A stretch of DNA of 64,000 nucleotides from Candidatus Sericytochromatia bacterium (lineage in GTDB: Bacteria; Cyanobacteriota; Sericytochromatia; S15B-MN24; UBA4093), in contig JAKFBU010000044.1 in NCBI GenBank assembly GCA_036676985.1, forward strand, positions 1 through 64,000. The letters run 5' to 3'. Positions 1 to 9,929 of this stretch are shown here, piece after piece. The notes below the pieces were generated by a model. The model was not told where the DNA came from. It did no database searches and saw only the letters and a list, made by a program, of their open reading frames with translations. The position numbers and the translations under genes were made by a program. Numbering within the stretch: position 1 is the first letter of the stretch; each line of letters starts with the position of its first letter.

Positions 1-43
1 CCTATAACGTCCTAACAGCTTCTTGATAGAAAGGACGTGGGGT

Positions 44-943
44 ATGCGGGGAAAGAACAGCAAGGTTTTGGGCTTCGTGATGGGCGCCCTGCTCCTGGCC
101 GGCTGCGGCGTCAGCCCGGTGGCGGCCGACCTGGGCGGTGACGATGCCTATCCCGTCGATGCCCTGGCCCGCAAGCGCTTTGCCTACGCCCTCGGCGCCG
201 ACATCTCCAAGGATCCCGGCGTGAAGGCCGACGAGAGCTTCGAGATCCAGGCCGCCCTCCCCGAGAAGGTCGACCTGCGCAGCGGCTGCAGCCCGGTCCT
301 GAACCAGGGCAACTTCGGCTCGTGCACCTCGTTTGCGACCATCAAGGGCCTGCAAGAGTTCCTGATGAAGAAGGAAGGCCGCTACAAGCCCCAGGCTCCC
401 GCGTACATCTGGTACCAGTCGCGGCGCCAGATCGGCAAGAAGGCCGAGGATTCGGGCGTTCCGACCGAGTTCGCCGTGAAGATGCTCGACGCTTACGGCT
501 CGCTGCCCGAAGAGGAGTTCCCGTACCTCGAGGATTCGAAGCAGAAGGATGACGCCGCGCGTCTGGCCTTCTTGACCCGCCAGCCCTCGAGCGACCAGAT
601 CGAGGCTGCGAAGAAGAACCGGATCGTGAAGGGCTACGAGATCGCGACCAAGCTGAGCAAGGTCCGCCGGTCGCTCGCCGACGGGATGCCCGTCGTGGTG
701 GCGATGCGGGTGTTCGAGAGCATCGGTAAGACGCCCGCCTCGGGCATGCTGCCCATGCCGACGGCCGGCGACAAGTCGCTGGGCGGGCACGCGGTCCTGG
801 CCGTGGGGTACGACAACGCGAAGAAGGTCCTCATCATCCGCAACTCGTGGGGCAGCAAGTGGGCCGACGGCGGCTACTTCTACATGCCGTACGAGTACGT
901 GAAGCAGGGTCACGTTCGCCTGGCGGTCGTGCCGAAGATCTAG
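44..943 (+). CDS. C1 (papain) family cysteine peptidase, lipoprotein
   Basis: Lipobox LLAGC; catalytic motifs QGNFGSCTSF, GHAV, RNSWG. Confidence 0.9.
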   Translation: MRGKNSKVLGFVMGALLLAGCGVSPVAADLGGDDAYPVDALARKRFAYALGADISKDPGVKADESFEIQAALPEKVDLRSGCSPVLNQGNFGSCTSFATIKGLQEFLMKKEGRYKPQAPAYIWYQSRRQIGKKAEDSGVPTEFAVKMLDAYGSLPEEEFPYLEDSKQKDDAARLAFLTRQPSSDQIEAAKKNRIVKGYEIATKLSKVRRSLADGMPVVVAMRVFESIGKTPASGMLPMPTAGDKSLGGHAVLAVGYDNAKKVLIIRNSWGSKWADGGYFYMPYEYVKQGHVRLAVVPKI

Positions 944-955
944 CGTTCGCGCTTG

Positions 956-983
956 AAGAGCCCCCTCGAGAGAGGGGGCTCTT
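956..983. terminator. Hairpin after the C1 peptidase
   Basis: aagagccccctc-gaga-gagggggctctt inverted repeat. Confidence 0.6.
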
Positions 984-1090
984 GCCATTGGGAGGGGGTC
1001 ATGGCCAAGGTTTAACCTCGGCTTTACTCAGCTTTGGTCTTTCGGGGCGATAACTCCCTTAACAGTGCGCGCATGCCCCAGGAGTAACGG

Positions 1091-2248
1091 ATGATCTCGT
1101 TGCAGACCAAGCCCCAGCCTCGCTCGACCAGCCTTCCGCCCGTCCGCGGGGGGAACGCCGTGCGTAACGTCTTCACCGACGAGGCCTCGCTGAAGGGCCT
1201 GCTCGCCGACATCCAGGGCGCCACGCGCAAGATCCAGTTCGAGACCTTTTTGCTCAATGGCACGGACGGCCAGGCCGTCGTCGACGCCATGATCAAGAAG
1301 CACCGCGCGGGCGTGAAGGTGCAGGTCCTCATGGACCGTGGCGCCTCGGCCCTGGACAAGGATCGCCTCTTCAACCAGCTCAAGGGCGCCGGGGTGGACG
1401 TTCGCTTCTTGCCCAAGATCGAGGGCATGCCCTACTCGGTGGACCACGCCAAGCTCACGGTGATCGACGACCGCATCGCCTGGGCGGGCGGCGCCAACTT
1501 CGATAACGAGAACAACCGCGACATGATGAGCCGCATCGAGGGGCCCGTGGTCGCGGACTTCCAGGCCACCTTCGACGAGGGCTGGCAGCGCGCGGGCGGC
1601 ACGAAGCTGCCCGTGACCCGCGACGCCGCCCCCAAGGGCGACGTGTGGGTGGGCGTCTCGCAGAACAGTGCGAGCACGAACAACGCGCGCACCCAGGTGC
1701 TCACCGAGCTGAAGTTGATGGGCAAGGGTGATGCCATCGACGCCTGGATGATGGATCTCGGCGACCCCACGGTCGTGGACGAGCTCCTGAAGGCCAAGAA
1801 CCGGGGCGCCGAGGTGCGCGTCCTGATCGATGCGTCCGTGCCCTTCACCAACGGCGGGTTCGCCGATCCGGCCATCAAGGCGGTCGCGGGCGGTGTGCCT
1901 GACCTCGCAGCCGTTCGCCGCCTCCAGGAGGCCGGCATCGGCGTCCGGCGCTACGTGAAGCCCGAGGGCGTCACCAAGCTCCACTCCAAGGTCTGGATCT
2001 TCACGGCGGACAAGGGCAAGGCCGACGAGAGCCTGCGGGTCATCGGCGGCTCGGTCAACGCCATCAAGGGCGCCTACGACTTCAACCACGAGCTCGGCTT
2101 CCTGATGTACGGCAAGAACGTGGGCACCGACGTGAAGGCCGCCTTCGAGGAGGACCTGGCCAAGCACTCCGAGCTGGTGCCGGCCCTCTCGAAGTGGGAT
2201 CAGATGAAGTCGAAGGTCGTGGACCTGCTTGCCGAGTACCTGATCTAG
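1091..2248 (+). CDS. Phospholipase D / cardiolipin-synthase-like protein
   Basis: HAKLTVIDD motif and a variant second motif HSKVWIFTAD...GGSVN; AGGAG RBS. Confidence 0.85.
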   Translation: MISLQTKPQPRSTSLPPVRGGNAVRNVFTDEASLKGLLADIQGATRKIQFETFLLNGTDGQAVVDAMIKKHRAGVKVQVLMDRGASALDKDRLFNQLKGAGVDVRFLPKIEGMPYSVDHAKLTVIDDRIAWAGGANFDNENNRDMMSRIEGPVVADFQATFDEGWQRAGGTKLPVTRDAAPKGDVWVGVSQNSASTNNARTQVLTELKLMGKGDAIDAWMMDLGDPTVVDELLKAKNRGAEVRVLIDASVPFTNGGFADPAIKAVAGGVPDLAAVRRLQEAGIGVRRYVKPEGVTKLHSKVWIFTADKGKADESLRVIGGSVNAIKGAYDFNHELGFLMYGKNVGTDVKAAFEEDLAKHSELVPALSKWDQMKSKVVDLLAEYLI

Positions 2249-2283
2249 GACACGTCCTGGAGCCTGCCGGCGCGTCCAGGGCG

Positions 2284-2466
2284 TCAGCGAGCGACGATGT
2301 GGCGGTTCCAGATGCGGACGTCGAGCTCCCACTCGCGGGAGACGGCCTCGGGATCCGGGCTGGCATAGTAGCAGTTGCGGCAGATGCGCGACCCCGTCGC
2401 GTTCCGGAAGATCAGGCCCGCCTTGGTCCAGGCGCGGGCGCAACCCGCACAGGCAAAGAACTTCAT
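2284..2466 (-). CDS. Small protein with two CxxC pairs (putative zinc ribbon)
   Basis: AGGAGG RBS; CAGC and CRNC. Confidence 0.55.
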   Translation of the reverse strand: MKFFACAGCARAWTKAGLIFRNATGSRICRNCYYASPDPEAVSREWELDVRIWNRHIVAR

Positions 2467-2650
2467 GGCCGACGCCTCCTGTTCAGACTGCGAGATGAAG
2501 TCGAGTCTAAGAGGAGGTTCTCGGTACGCCCCTGTGCACCTTGGACAAGGCTTCTCAGAGGTACGGAAAGGATCCGACCCGGAGCCAAGTAGCCATGGCC
2601 CCGGGTCGGATGAAAGTCGGTAAGCCTCCCTCAGCGGGGGAGGGGAAGGG

Positions 2651-2866
2651 TCAGTTGGCCCTCAGGATCCCGTCGTAGCGGGAGACGGACCACTTGCCGC
2701 CCGCCTGCCGGGCCTGCAACTGGAAGGTTCCGATGTCCCTGGACTGGAGCCATGCGAGCCAGAGCCCGTAGCGGGGCTCCTCCCACACGCGCAAGACCTT
2801 CGCGTCGCTCACGATGCGCGATCGCGCGAAGTTCCCCACCAGGGCGGTGATTTCTTCCTCGCTCAT
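2651..2866 (-). CDS. Small hypothetical protein
   Basis: ORF starting MSEEEITALV with purine-rich RBS. Confidence 0.55.
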   Translation of the reverse strand: MSEEEITALVGNFARSRIVSDAKVLRVWEEPRYGLWLAWLQSRDIGTFQLQARQAGGKWSVSRYDGILRAN

Positions 2867-2990
2867 GGATCCCCCTGTCTTTGACGCTGCAGGCATGCTT
2901 CAGCAACTATCGGATCCATGTCATCCAAACCTGAGGCCCCATGTCTATGTAGAGATCGTGAGGCTTTGGGGCGCTCGTCCCCATGGGGGG

Positions 2991-3021
2991 TTGACCCTCA
3001 CGTTACGTGATACTTTAGGGT
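2991..3021 (+). promoter_or_regulatory. MerR-type promoter/operator
   Basis: TTGACC-19 bp-TAGGGT with the palindrome TCACGT-T-ACGTGA (2998-3010) in the spacer. Confidence 0.85.
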
Positions 3022-3041
3022 GTGTCTCGGAGGTGAGCGAA

Positions 3042-3803
3042 ATGCCCTACACGGTCAAGGCTGTCGCGGATCTGGCGGGCGTGAGCGTCCGGACCCTGCA
3101 TCACTACGATGAGATCGGGTTGCTCAAGCCCGCGACCGTCAGTCCGTCCGGCTATCGGCACTACGCGGAGCCCGACCTCGAGCGGTTGCAGCAGATCCTG
3201 TACTTCCGGGAGCTGGGGTTCAGCCTGCAGGAGATCCGGGGCATCGTGACGAGCCCGGGTTTCGACCAGAGGGAGGCCCTGCGATCGCACCGGGAGCTCT
3301 TGCTCGAGAAGCAACGCCGCCTCCAGGCACTCATTGACTCGGTCGATCAGTCGATCGAGGCGCTGGAAAGGGGAACACCCATGGACAAGAAGGCGATGTT
3401 CGAGGTCTTCGGCGATGCGAAGCTCGAGGAGTACCGCGAGGAGGCGAAGGCCCGCTGGGGTCAGACGGACGCCTGGCGCCAGAGCGAGGAGCGCTCCAAG
3501 CGCTACACCAAGGAGGACTGGGTCTCGATCAAGGAGGCCATGGGGTCCATCACGCAGGGCATCGCGGCCCTGATGGACCGGGATCCGGCCGATCCCGAGG
3601 TGCAGCAGGCGGTCGGGCGGTGGTACCACCACATCAACGACTACTTCTACACCGTGAGCCCGGAGATGTTCCGCGGGCTGGGGGATATGTACGTGGCGGA
3701 TCCGCGCTTCACCGCGACCTATGAGAAGGTGAAGCCGGGGATGGCCGAGTTCATGCGGAAGGCCATGCACGTGTTCGCGGATAACCTGGAAGCCAATGGC
3801 TAG
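3042..3803 (+). CDS. MerR family regulator with TipAS antibiotic-recognition domain (TipA/Mta-like)
   Basis: YTVKAVADLAGVSVRTLHHYD HTH; C-terminal GLGDMYVADPRF. Confidence 0.92.
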   Translation: MPYTVKAVADLAGVSVRTLHHYDEIGLLKPATVSPSGYRHYAEPDLERLQQILYFRELGFSLQEIRGIVTSPGFDQREALRSHRELLLEKQRRLQALIDSVDQSIEALERGTPMDKKAMFEVFGDAKLEEYREEAKARWGQTDAWRQSEERSKRYTKEDWVSIKEAMGSITQGIAALMDRDPADPEVQQAVGRWYHHINDYFYTVSPEMFRGLGDMYVADPRFTATYEKVKPGMAEFMRKAMHVFADNLEANG

Positions 3804-3810
3804 GGTAGCG

Positions 3811-3850
3811 AAAGGCCCCCCTGAGCGTCGCTCAGGGGGGCCTTTTTCTT
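3811..3850 (+). terminator. Rho-independent terminator
   Basis: GC-rich hairpin followed by a T-tract. Confidence 0.8.
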
Positions 3851-3853
3851 AGA

Positions 3854-3890
3854 GGAACCGTTCGCCCTTCGAGAGCCTCAGGGTGAACGG
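3854..3890. repeat. REP-like palindrome, family A
   Basis: ggaaccgttcgcccttcgagagcctcagggtgaacgg; related copies at 41649, 47349, 47456 (inverted) and 58831. Confidence 0.7.
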
Positions 3891-3930
3891 GGGTGTTGTG
3901 GGGCTCACGTAGAGGAAGCGTTCGCCTGGT

Positions 3931-4500
3931 TTACTGACCGGTCTGATTCAGCTGCTGCAGGGTCTCGAGCTTGCCGGCCGCCTCGCCCGCCTGCTGCTTG
4001 ATGAGCTGGTTCATGGCGGCGTTGGCCTTCTTGTCGTTGGCGAGCCGCTCCGCGCTCTCGAGCATGGCGTTGTTGCCGCCGAGTGTCGTGCCGAGCCCCG
4101 ACTTGGCCCCCGGCTTCGGCTGACTCGCCGCCTGCGCCTCGCGGAACATCCGCTCGACATGCGGCTTGCCCACCATGTAACCCAGGCCCAGCACGGCCGC
4201 GATCGCCGCGAACACCACCCCGCGCATCAAGAAGGCCGCCGCGCTCTCGTTCGCCACGTGCGAATGGGAACGCACCGCCGCCCCCGCATCGTGACCGGGC
4301 TTGTGGTCGGCATGCGTGACCTCGAAGCGCTTCCCCATGGGCACCGCCACCACCTCGATGGCCCCCTTCTTGCCGATGGCCGAGGCCACCCAGGCGCCGC
4401 GCCCCTTGTCGAAGCGCAGGTCCAGGACCTTGCCGGTCGAGAGGTTCTGGCGGGCGTAATCCGTGATGGCGCGCTGGGCGGCGGTCTCGTCTTTGGTCAT
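3931..4500 (-). CDS. Hypothetical protein with one TM segment
   Basis: GAGGA RBS; hydrophobic stretch GVVFAAIAAVLGLGYMV. Confidence 0.7.
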   Translation of the reverse strand: MTKDETAAQRAITDYARQNLSTGKVLDLRFDKGRGAWVASAIGKKGAIEVVAVPMGKRFEVTHADHKPGHDAGAAVRSHSHVANESAAAFLMRGVVFAAIAAVLGLGYMVGKPHVERMFREAQAASQPKPGAKSGLGTTLGGNNAMLESAERLANDKKANAAMNQLIKQQAGEAAGKLETLQQLNQTGQ

Positions 4501-4701
4501 GGGTCCTCGACACTAGGTCTTGCAAACGGGGGGTTGTCCGCATGTCTTATGCCCAGCGAAGCGCCCCCTAATCCTCGACATGCGTGGACGCGGCGTCGAG
4601 GGGCGGGCTCGTGACCTTCGTGCAGGGTGTCGAAGCTTTGTCCCGAAATCCCCGGGGACAAACGGTCGAGGCCCGGACTACGATGAGCCCGGAGGTGCCC
4701 C

Positions 4702-5352
4702 ATGACCGATGCCCACCAGCACCCGATCGACGCCGTGGAGCGGATCTTGCAGGCCGTCCGGCGCTTCGACTACGTCGAGGCGGACCGAGAGCTCACGGTC
4801 GCCGCCTCCCTGTTGTCGCCCCCGGGCCTCGTCCGCCAGGTCGCCCTGCCCCTCATGCATGAGGTGGGCGATCGCTGGGCCATGAACCTTTTGGGCGCGG
4901 CCAACGAGCACCTGGCGACGGCCCTCCTGCGCAACCTGCTCGGCACCCTGCTGAGGACCACGCCCGTCACGCGCCAGGCCCGTCTGCTCCTCACCACCCC
5001 GCCGGGCGAGGCCCATGAGATGGGACTGCTGTCCGTGGCCCTGCTCGCGGCGGCCCACGGGTACGCCGTGTGCTACCTGGGGCCCGACCTGCCCCCGCAC
5101 GAGATCGCCTTCGCGGCCATCAAGTCCCGATCGGACGTGGTGGGACTGAGCCTCGTCTACACGCCGGATCCCCCGGCGCGGGCGCGCGAGGTCCGGACGA
5201 TCGCCGAGGCCTTGCCGCCTGCCGTCCAGCTGTGGCTCGGCGGCTCCGGCATCCGGGCGCTGCCCGAGGGCAGCCTGCCGAATGCCCGGACCTTCTTCAC
5301 CCTCTCGGACGTGGAGGCGGGGCTCGTCGACCTGGAGCGCACCGGCGCATGA
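4702..5352 (+). CDS. Stand-alone cobalamin-binding protein (CarH/AerR-type domain, no HTH)
   Basis: W-x9-EH motif (RWAMNLLGAANEH) and GEAHEMG B12 motif. Confidence 0.85.
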   Translation: MTDAHQHPIDAVERILQAVRRFDYVEADRELTVAASLLSPPGLVRQVALPLMHEVGDRWAMNLLGAANEHLATALLRNLLGTLLRTTPVTRQARLLLTTPPGEAHEMGLLSVALLAAAHGYAVCYLGPDLPPHEIAFAAIKSRSDVVGLSLVYTPDPPARAREVRTIAEALPPAVQLWLGGSGIRALPEGSLPNARTFFTLSDVEAGLVDLERTGA

Positions 5353-5456
5353 GCTTGGGCCCCGGCGATCGCCGGGGCCCAAGCTCTGGATGGGGGATGG
5401 AATAGGAGGGTTTCCTCTACCCTACTCCCATGGGTGTTAAGAGGCTGTGATCGGTC

Positions 5457-7922
5457 TCACCGCCCGCCGGGCAGCGCCAAGGGGCTCCGGCCTTCGATCC
5501 GCACCTCGAGCTGCACCGGGTCCAGCTTGAAGCGCGAGACGGCCTCCTGGAGCGTCCGGGCCTGCTGGTTGAGCGTGTCCGCAGCCGACGAGACCTGGGT
5601 CGTCGCCCTTGAGGCCTCCTGGGTGCTGCCGTTCAGGCTCTCGATGGCGATGACCACCTGGTCGGCGCCCTGGCGCTGCTCGGCCGTGGCGTAGCTGACC
5701 GTCTGCGTGAGCCGGTGCATCTCGTGGACGGCCGAGTTCACCTGGTCGTTCACCCCGGCCATCTGCTCGGCGGCCGTGACGATCTGCTGGCTGGCACGCG
5801 CCTGCTCGCTGGTCGCCCCTTCCACCTCTTGCAGGAGGGTGGAGACCTGGGTGGCTGCCCCCTTGATGCGCTGCAGGGCCTCGTGCGTGTGCTCGGCGAG
5901 CCTTACGCCCTGGTGCACCTTCTCGGTGCCCACCTGGGTGACGCCCACGGCCTGGGCCGTCTCGTCCTGGATGCCCTTGATGAGGCTCCCGATCTCGCGG
6001 GTGGCCTTGGCGGAGCGCTCGGCGAGCTTGCGGACCTCGTCGGCGACCACCGCAAAGCCGCGGCCCGCCTCACCGGCCCGGGCCGCCTCGATGGCGGCGT
6101 TCAAGGCCAGGAGGTTGGTCTGCTCGGCGATGTCGTCGATGACCTCCACGATGGCCCCGATCTCGCCCGACCGCTCGGCCAGCTCCTCGATGGTCGCGCG
6201 GATGCCCGTCATGGTCTCCGCGATGGCGGTCATGCCGGACTTGGCCTCGGAAACGGCCTGCTCGCCGGAATGGATGGCGTCGGCCGAGCCCATGGCGACC
6301 TGGCTGGCCCGCGCGGCGTTGCCCGCCACCTGCTGGATGGAGGCCGCAAGCTCGGCGATGGCGCCCGAGGTCTGCGTGACGGCCGCCGCCAGCTCGTTGG
6401 ACTGGTCCTGGACCACCGTGACCTTGCGCTCGAGGTCCTGGGTGCTCGCATCCACGGACTTGAGGTTCGCGGCCATCTCCTCCATGGCCGCCGAGGTCTC
6501 CTCGCTGCTCGAGGCCTGCACCGATACCGTCGCCTCGAGCTGGTGGCTGGAGCCTGCGATCTGGACGGCGGCCGACGAGACGGCGTCGGAGGCCTGGCGA
6601 ACCTGGCCCACGATGGTCTGCAGGCCGTCGATCATCCGGGCGATCGCCGTGCCGAGGCGATCGCGATCGCTCTTGGCCGAAACCCGCACGCTCAGGTTGC
6701 CGGCGCTGACCTCTTCGGCGGCCGTGGCCATCTCCCGCAGGTAGACCATCATCGTCTCGAAGGACTGCGCGAGGTCCCCCAGCTCGTCCTTGTTCCGCAG
6801 GCGGACATGGCGATCGAGCTCGCCGTTCGAGACGGCGTGGGCCACCTCCATGAGCTGGAGCAGGGGCGCCAGGATCCGGCGGTGGAACAGCACGGCCGAG
6901 AGCGCGACGAGCGTCAAGGTGACGATCACCATGAGGACCAGGAGGAGGGTGTTGAGCTGCTGCTCGCGCTGGGCCGCCGCGACGGCCCGCTCGGTGTCGG
7001 CGCTGACGGCCGTCGCCACGTTCAGGATGGAGTCGATGCCGCGCGTGGCCTCCTTGACCCAGGCGGCGGCAGTCAGGGGGTAGGCCGTCCCGGCGTCGCT
7101 CGCCTGGTAGACGCCCCGGCGCACCGCTTCGAAGCGCCCGAGGAACTCGGCGTCGAGCTGGGCCACGGCCTCACCGACCTTGGAGCCCTCGGGGAGATGC
7201 TTGGTGAGGAGGCGCAGCACCGCGAGGTTCTGGTCGACGATGGCCCGGTAGCGGCCGACGTTCTGGGCGGTCTCGCCCGTGATGCGTCCGCCCTGGGCGA
7301 TGACCGAGCCGAGGGTGGCCCGCTCGCGACCCGCGTACTCGGCCGTCAGGAAGACGATCTCCTTGATCTGGAGGTTGCTGCGGTAGGCCTCGTCCAGGGG
7401 CATGCGGGCCGTGAAGGCATCCCGCCGCACCTGCGACAGGGCCTCGATGAAGCTCGTCATGGTGCCGATCCAGGCCTTGGGCGTGAGCGTCCCCTGCTGC
7501 GAGGCGAGGATCCCGTCGACGGAGCTCCGGGCGTCCTCCAGGGCCGCTCGTCGCTCGGAGAGGACCCGGAGGCTCTCCGAGAGCGGATGGCTCGTGTCCT
7601 GGCCCCCGAGGGAGCCTGCGATGGCGATGGCCTCCTGGTAGGCCTTGTCGCCGGTCTCGCGCAGCGTGCGGATCTTGGCCATGGTCTCGGCCGTCGCCTT
7701 GCCCGGCTCGGCGATCGCCGTGGCCGTCACACCGCGCTCGATGGCCTCGGTGGCGTTCGCCAAGAGGACGGCGTCGGCCAGCCGGTTGGCCTGCTGGATC
7801 CAGGCCGCCTTGGAGGACTCCGTGGCGACGCGCGTCCCCTCCTTGGCGAGCAGCAGGACGGCGATCAGGGCCATCAGGCCAATCAGGCCCATGAGCAGGT
7901 GCCGGATCTTCAAGTTTGTCAT
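5457..7922 (-). CDS. Methyl-accepting chemotaxis protein, NIT-like sensor, HAMP
   Basis: [37 protein letters not shown]; 2 TM; IERG and EYAGRERA motifs; alternative start at 7940. Confidence 0.93.
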   Translation of the reverse strand: MTNLKIRHLLMGLIGLMALIAVLLLAKEGTRVATESSKAAWIQQANRLADAVLLANATEAIERGVTATAIAEPGKATAETMAKIRTLRETGDKAYQEAIAIAGSLGGQDTSHPLSESLRVLSERRAALEDARSSVDGILASQQGTLTPKAWIGTMTSFIEALSQVRRDAFTARMPLDEAYRSNLQIKEIVFLTAEYAGRERATLGSVIAQGGRITGETAQNVGRYRAIVDQNLAVLRLLTKHLPEGSKVGEAVAQLDAEFLGRFEAVRRGVYQASDAGTAYPLTAAAWVKEATRGIDSILNVATAVSADTERAVAAAQREQQLNTLLLVLMVIVTLTLVALSAVLFHRRILAPLLQLMEVAHAVSNGELDRHVRLRNKDELGDLAQSFETMMVYLREMATAAEEVSAGNLSVRVSAKSDRDRLGTAIARMIDGLQTIVGQVRQASDAVSSAAVQIAGSSHQLEATVSVQASSSEETSAAMEEMAANLKSVDASTQDLERKVTVVQDQSNELAAAVTQTSGAIAELAASIQQVAGNAARASQVAMGSADAIHSGEQAVSEAKSGMTAIAETMTGIRATIEELAERSGEIGAIVEVIDDIAEQTNLLALNAAIEAARAGEAGRGFAVVADEVRKLAERSAKATREIGSLIKGIQDETAQAVGVTQVGTEKVHQGVRLAEHTHEALQRIKGAATQVSTLLQEVEGATSEQARASQQIVTAAEQMAGVNDQVNSAVHEMHRLTQTVSYATAEQRQGADQVVIAIESLNGSTQEASRATTQVSSAADTLNQQARTLQEAVSRFKLDPVQLEVRIEGRSPLALPGGR

Positions 7923-7966
7923 CGTGCCCCCCTTGAACATTCGATGGTTGAACTCGAGCGTCGTAA

Positions 7967-7983
7967 ATACGGGGGGTGGGTAT
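7967..7983. promoter_or_regulatory. CsoR-family-like operator
   Basis: ATAC-GGGGGGTGG-GTAT; near-identical copy at 8130. Confidence 0.5.
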
Positions 7984-8129
7984 CATACACCCCCTGGGAC
8001 TTCCAAGCTTAAGGGGGCGGTTAGCAGTCGAACAGCGGAGTTTCTACGGATCGGACGGTTAGAGTTCTCTCGGGGATCAGGACCTGTCGACATCCGGACG
8101 ACAGTGCGGTAAGCGGTTTTACTTGCTTC

Positions 8130-8146
8130 ATACGGGGTGGGGGTAT
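8130..8146. promoter_or_regulatory. CsoR-family-like operator
   Basis: ATAC-GGGGTGGGG-GTAT overlapping TATCAT. Confidence 0.5.
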
Positions 8147-8245
8147 CATGCCCGTCCCATGTATCCAAAGTCACATGGAGCGCCCCTTCGGGAGGCCCGC
8201 TCGGAGGTCGACAAGTTCCATGTCGGTTCTCCAGAGGGGGTCGCC

Positions 8246-8407
8246 ATGGTTCATCTGGATTTCGTGAGCGCGGAGATGATGCTGCAGTTCGGGGCCTTGT
8301 GTCTCCTGGCGGCGCTTTGCTACACCGCCCTCTGGCAAGGAGAGGGGCCATGGGGACGTCTCGATGCGGTGCGCAGCGAGATCGAGCGCCGGAGGGAGAA
8401 CGGATGA
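8246..8407 (+). CDS. Small putative membrane protein
   Basis: GAGGGG RBS; hydrophobic FGALCLLAALCYTALW. Confidence 0.4.
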   Translation: MVHLDFVSAEMMLQFGALCLLAALCYTALWQGEGPWGRLDAVRSEIERRRENG

Positions 8408-8450
8408 GCGATCTGACGACCAAGCCGCCCTTCCCCGAGATGGCCAGAGC

Positions 8451-9668
8451 CTAGAGGGTCTGGGGCTCCAGCTCTCCGGTCTTCGAGCGCACCGAGGGGG
8501 CCTTCAGCGGCAGCCGGAACCAGAAGGTGCTGCCCTGGCCCAGGGCGCTCCGCATGCCGATCTCGCCGTCGTGGGCCTCGATGATCGCCTTGCTGATGGA
8601 AAGGCCGAGCCCCGTCCCCTTCACGCCCAGGCCCGTCTCGATCCGGGAGTAGGCCCGGAAGAGCTTCTCGTGCTGGGTGGGGCAGATGCCGATGCCCGTA
8701 TCCGTGACTTCCCAGCAGGCCATGCCGCCCTCGACAGACAGGCGCAGGGAGATGGTGCCGCTCTCGGGCGTGAACTTGATGGCGTTGCTCAAGAGGTTCA
8801 AGAGCACCTGGTCGATGCGCTGGGAATCGATGTCCGTGACGAGCGGCTCCTCGGGGACCGACACCTCGAGCATCAATCGTGCCTCCCGCACCTGCGGACG
8901 CAGGCTGTCGGCCACCTGGCGGGTCTTGTCGGAGAGGTCTGCGGGCCGGCGGTTCAGCTTGAAGTTGCCGGCCTCCATGCGTGCGAAGTCCAGGAGGTCG
9001 TCCACGAGGCGCTCGAGCTGCTTGGAGCTGCGGCGGATCTGCTGGAGGTAGTCGCGCTGGATGGTGCTGAGCGCCCCGCCGATGCCGTCCTCCATGAACT
9101 CCACGTAGCCGACGATGGTGGTCAGGGGCGTCCGCAGCTCATGCGAGACGGCGTTGACGAACATCCCCTTGAGGCGATCGAGCTCCCGGAAGCGCTCCAG
9201 CTCGTCCTGTTGGGCACTCGCCTGGCGAAGCTCCGCCAGGCGCCGCTCGACCTCGGACTCCAGCTGGCGGGCATGCGCCAGGGCCGTGTCCCGCTCCGCC
9301 TGGAGCCGGGCGGCCTGTTTGGCCCTGGCCTTGCCGCGCAGCATCATCGTGAAGCCGAGGGGAAAGGCGACGGCCATGGAGCCCAGCTGGATCAGGTGCT
9401 CGGGCGACAGGGTGCCGGCCGGGATCGCAAACTCCCAGGTGAAGTAGGCGAGCGTCAGGAGGGTGGTCGTCAGGGCCGACCAGAAGCCCCCCGAGAGGAC
9501 TGCATAGGCGGTGGCGAGCCCCAGGATGGCCGTGAAAGCCGCCGCGAACTGGAGGGCCTGCTCGTGCGGCAGCGCCATGAACCCTGCGACGAGCAGCAAG
9601 GTGAGGCCAGGGCCCTTGAGGGCCTCGAGTCGTCGACGTAGGGCCGACCTCTGGGGGCGTGGTTCCAA
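8451..9668 (-). CDS. Membrane sensor histidine kinase
   Basis: SHELRTPL H-box, NLLSNAIKF, DTGIG, GTGLGL. Confidence 0.93.
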   Translation of the reverse strand: MEPRPQRSALRRRLEALKGPGLTLLLVAGFMALPHEQALQFAAAFTAILGLATAYAVLSGGFWSALTTTLLTLAYFTWEFAIPAGTLSPEHLIQLGSMAVAFPLGFTMMLRGKARAKQAARLQAERDTALAHARQLESEVERRLAELRQASAQQDELERFRELDRLKGMFVNAVSHELRTPLTTIVGYVEFMEDGIGGALSTIQRDYLQQIRRSSKQLERLVDDLLDFARMEAGNFKLNRRPADLSDKTRQVADSLRPQVREARLMLEVSVPEEPLVTDIDSQRIDQVLLNLLSNAIKFTPESGTISLRLSVEGGMACWEVTDTGIGICPTQHEKLFRAYSRIETGLGVKGTGLGLSISKAIIEAHDGEIGMRSALGQGSTFWFRLPLKAPSVRSKTGELEPQTL

Positions 9669-9929
9669 GGTAGCTCCTTTGCTGCCTTCCGAGTCGCGTC
9701 ATCCCGTGACGCTTCACGCTCTGTTCAGTTGCTTCGTTACCAACATTAAATGATTTCCAATTGGGGAATCAACGTGTCGTTACGATACTTAATAACGAAC
9801 GATGGCGGCCCTTCCCAGCGCAGAGGCCCTGGGTGAGGCCTCCGAACTCCGGACGGGGGGCGGCCGTCGCAGCGAGCATGGCGCGGCGCCATGTCGATTC
9901 AGCACCTGTCGGGCGTCGTGATGCCAGTC

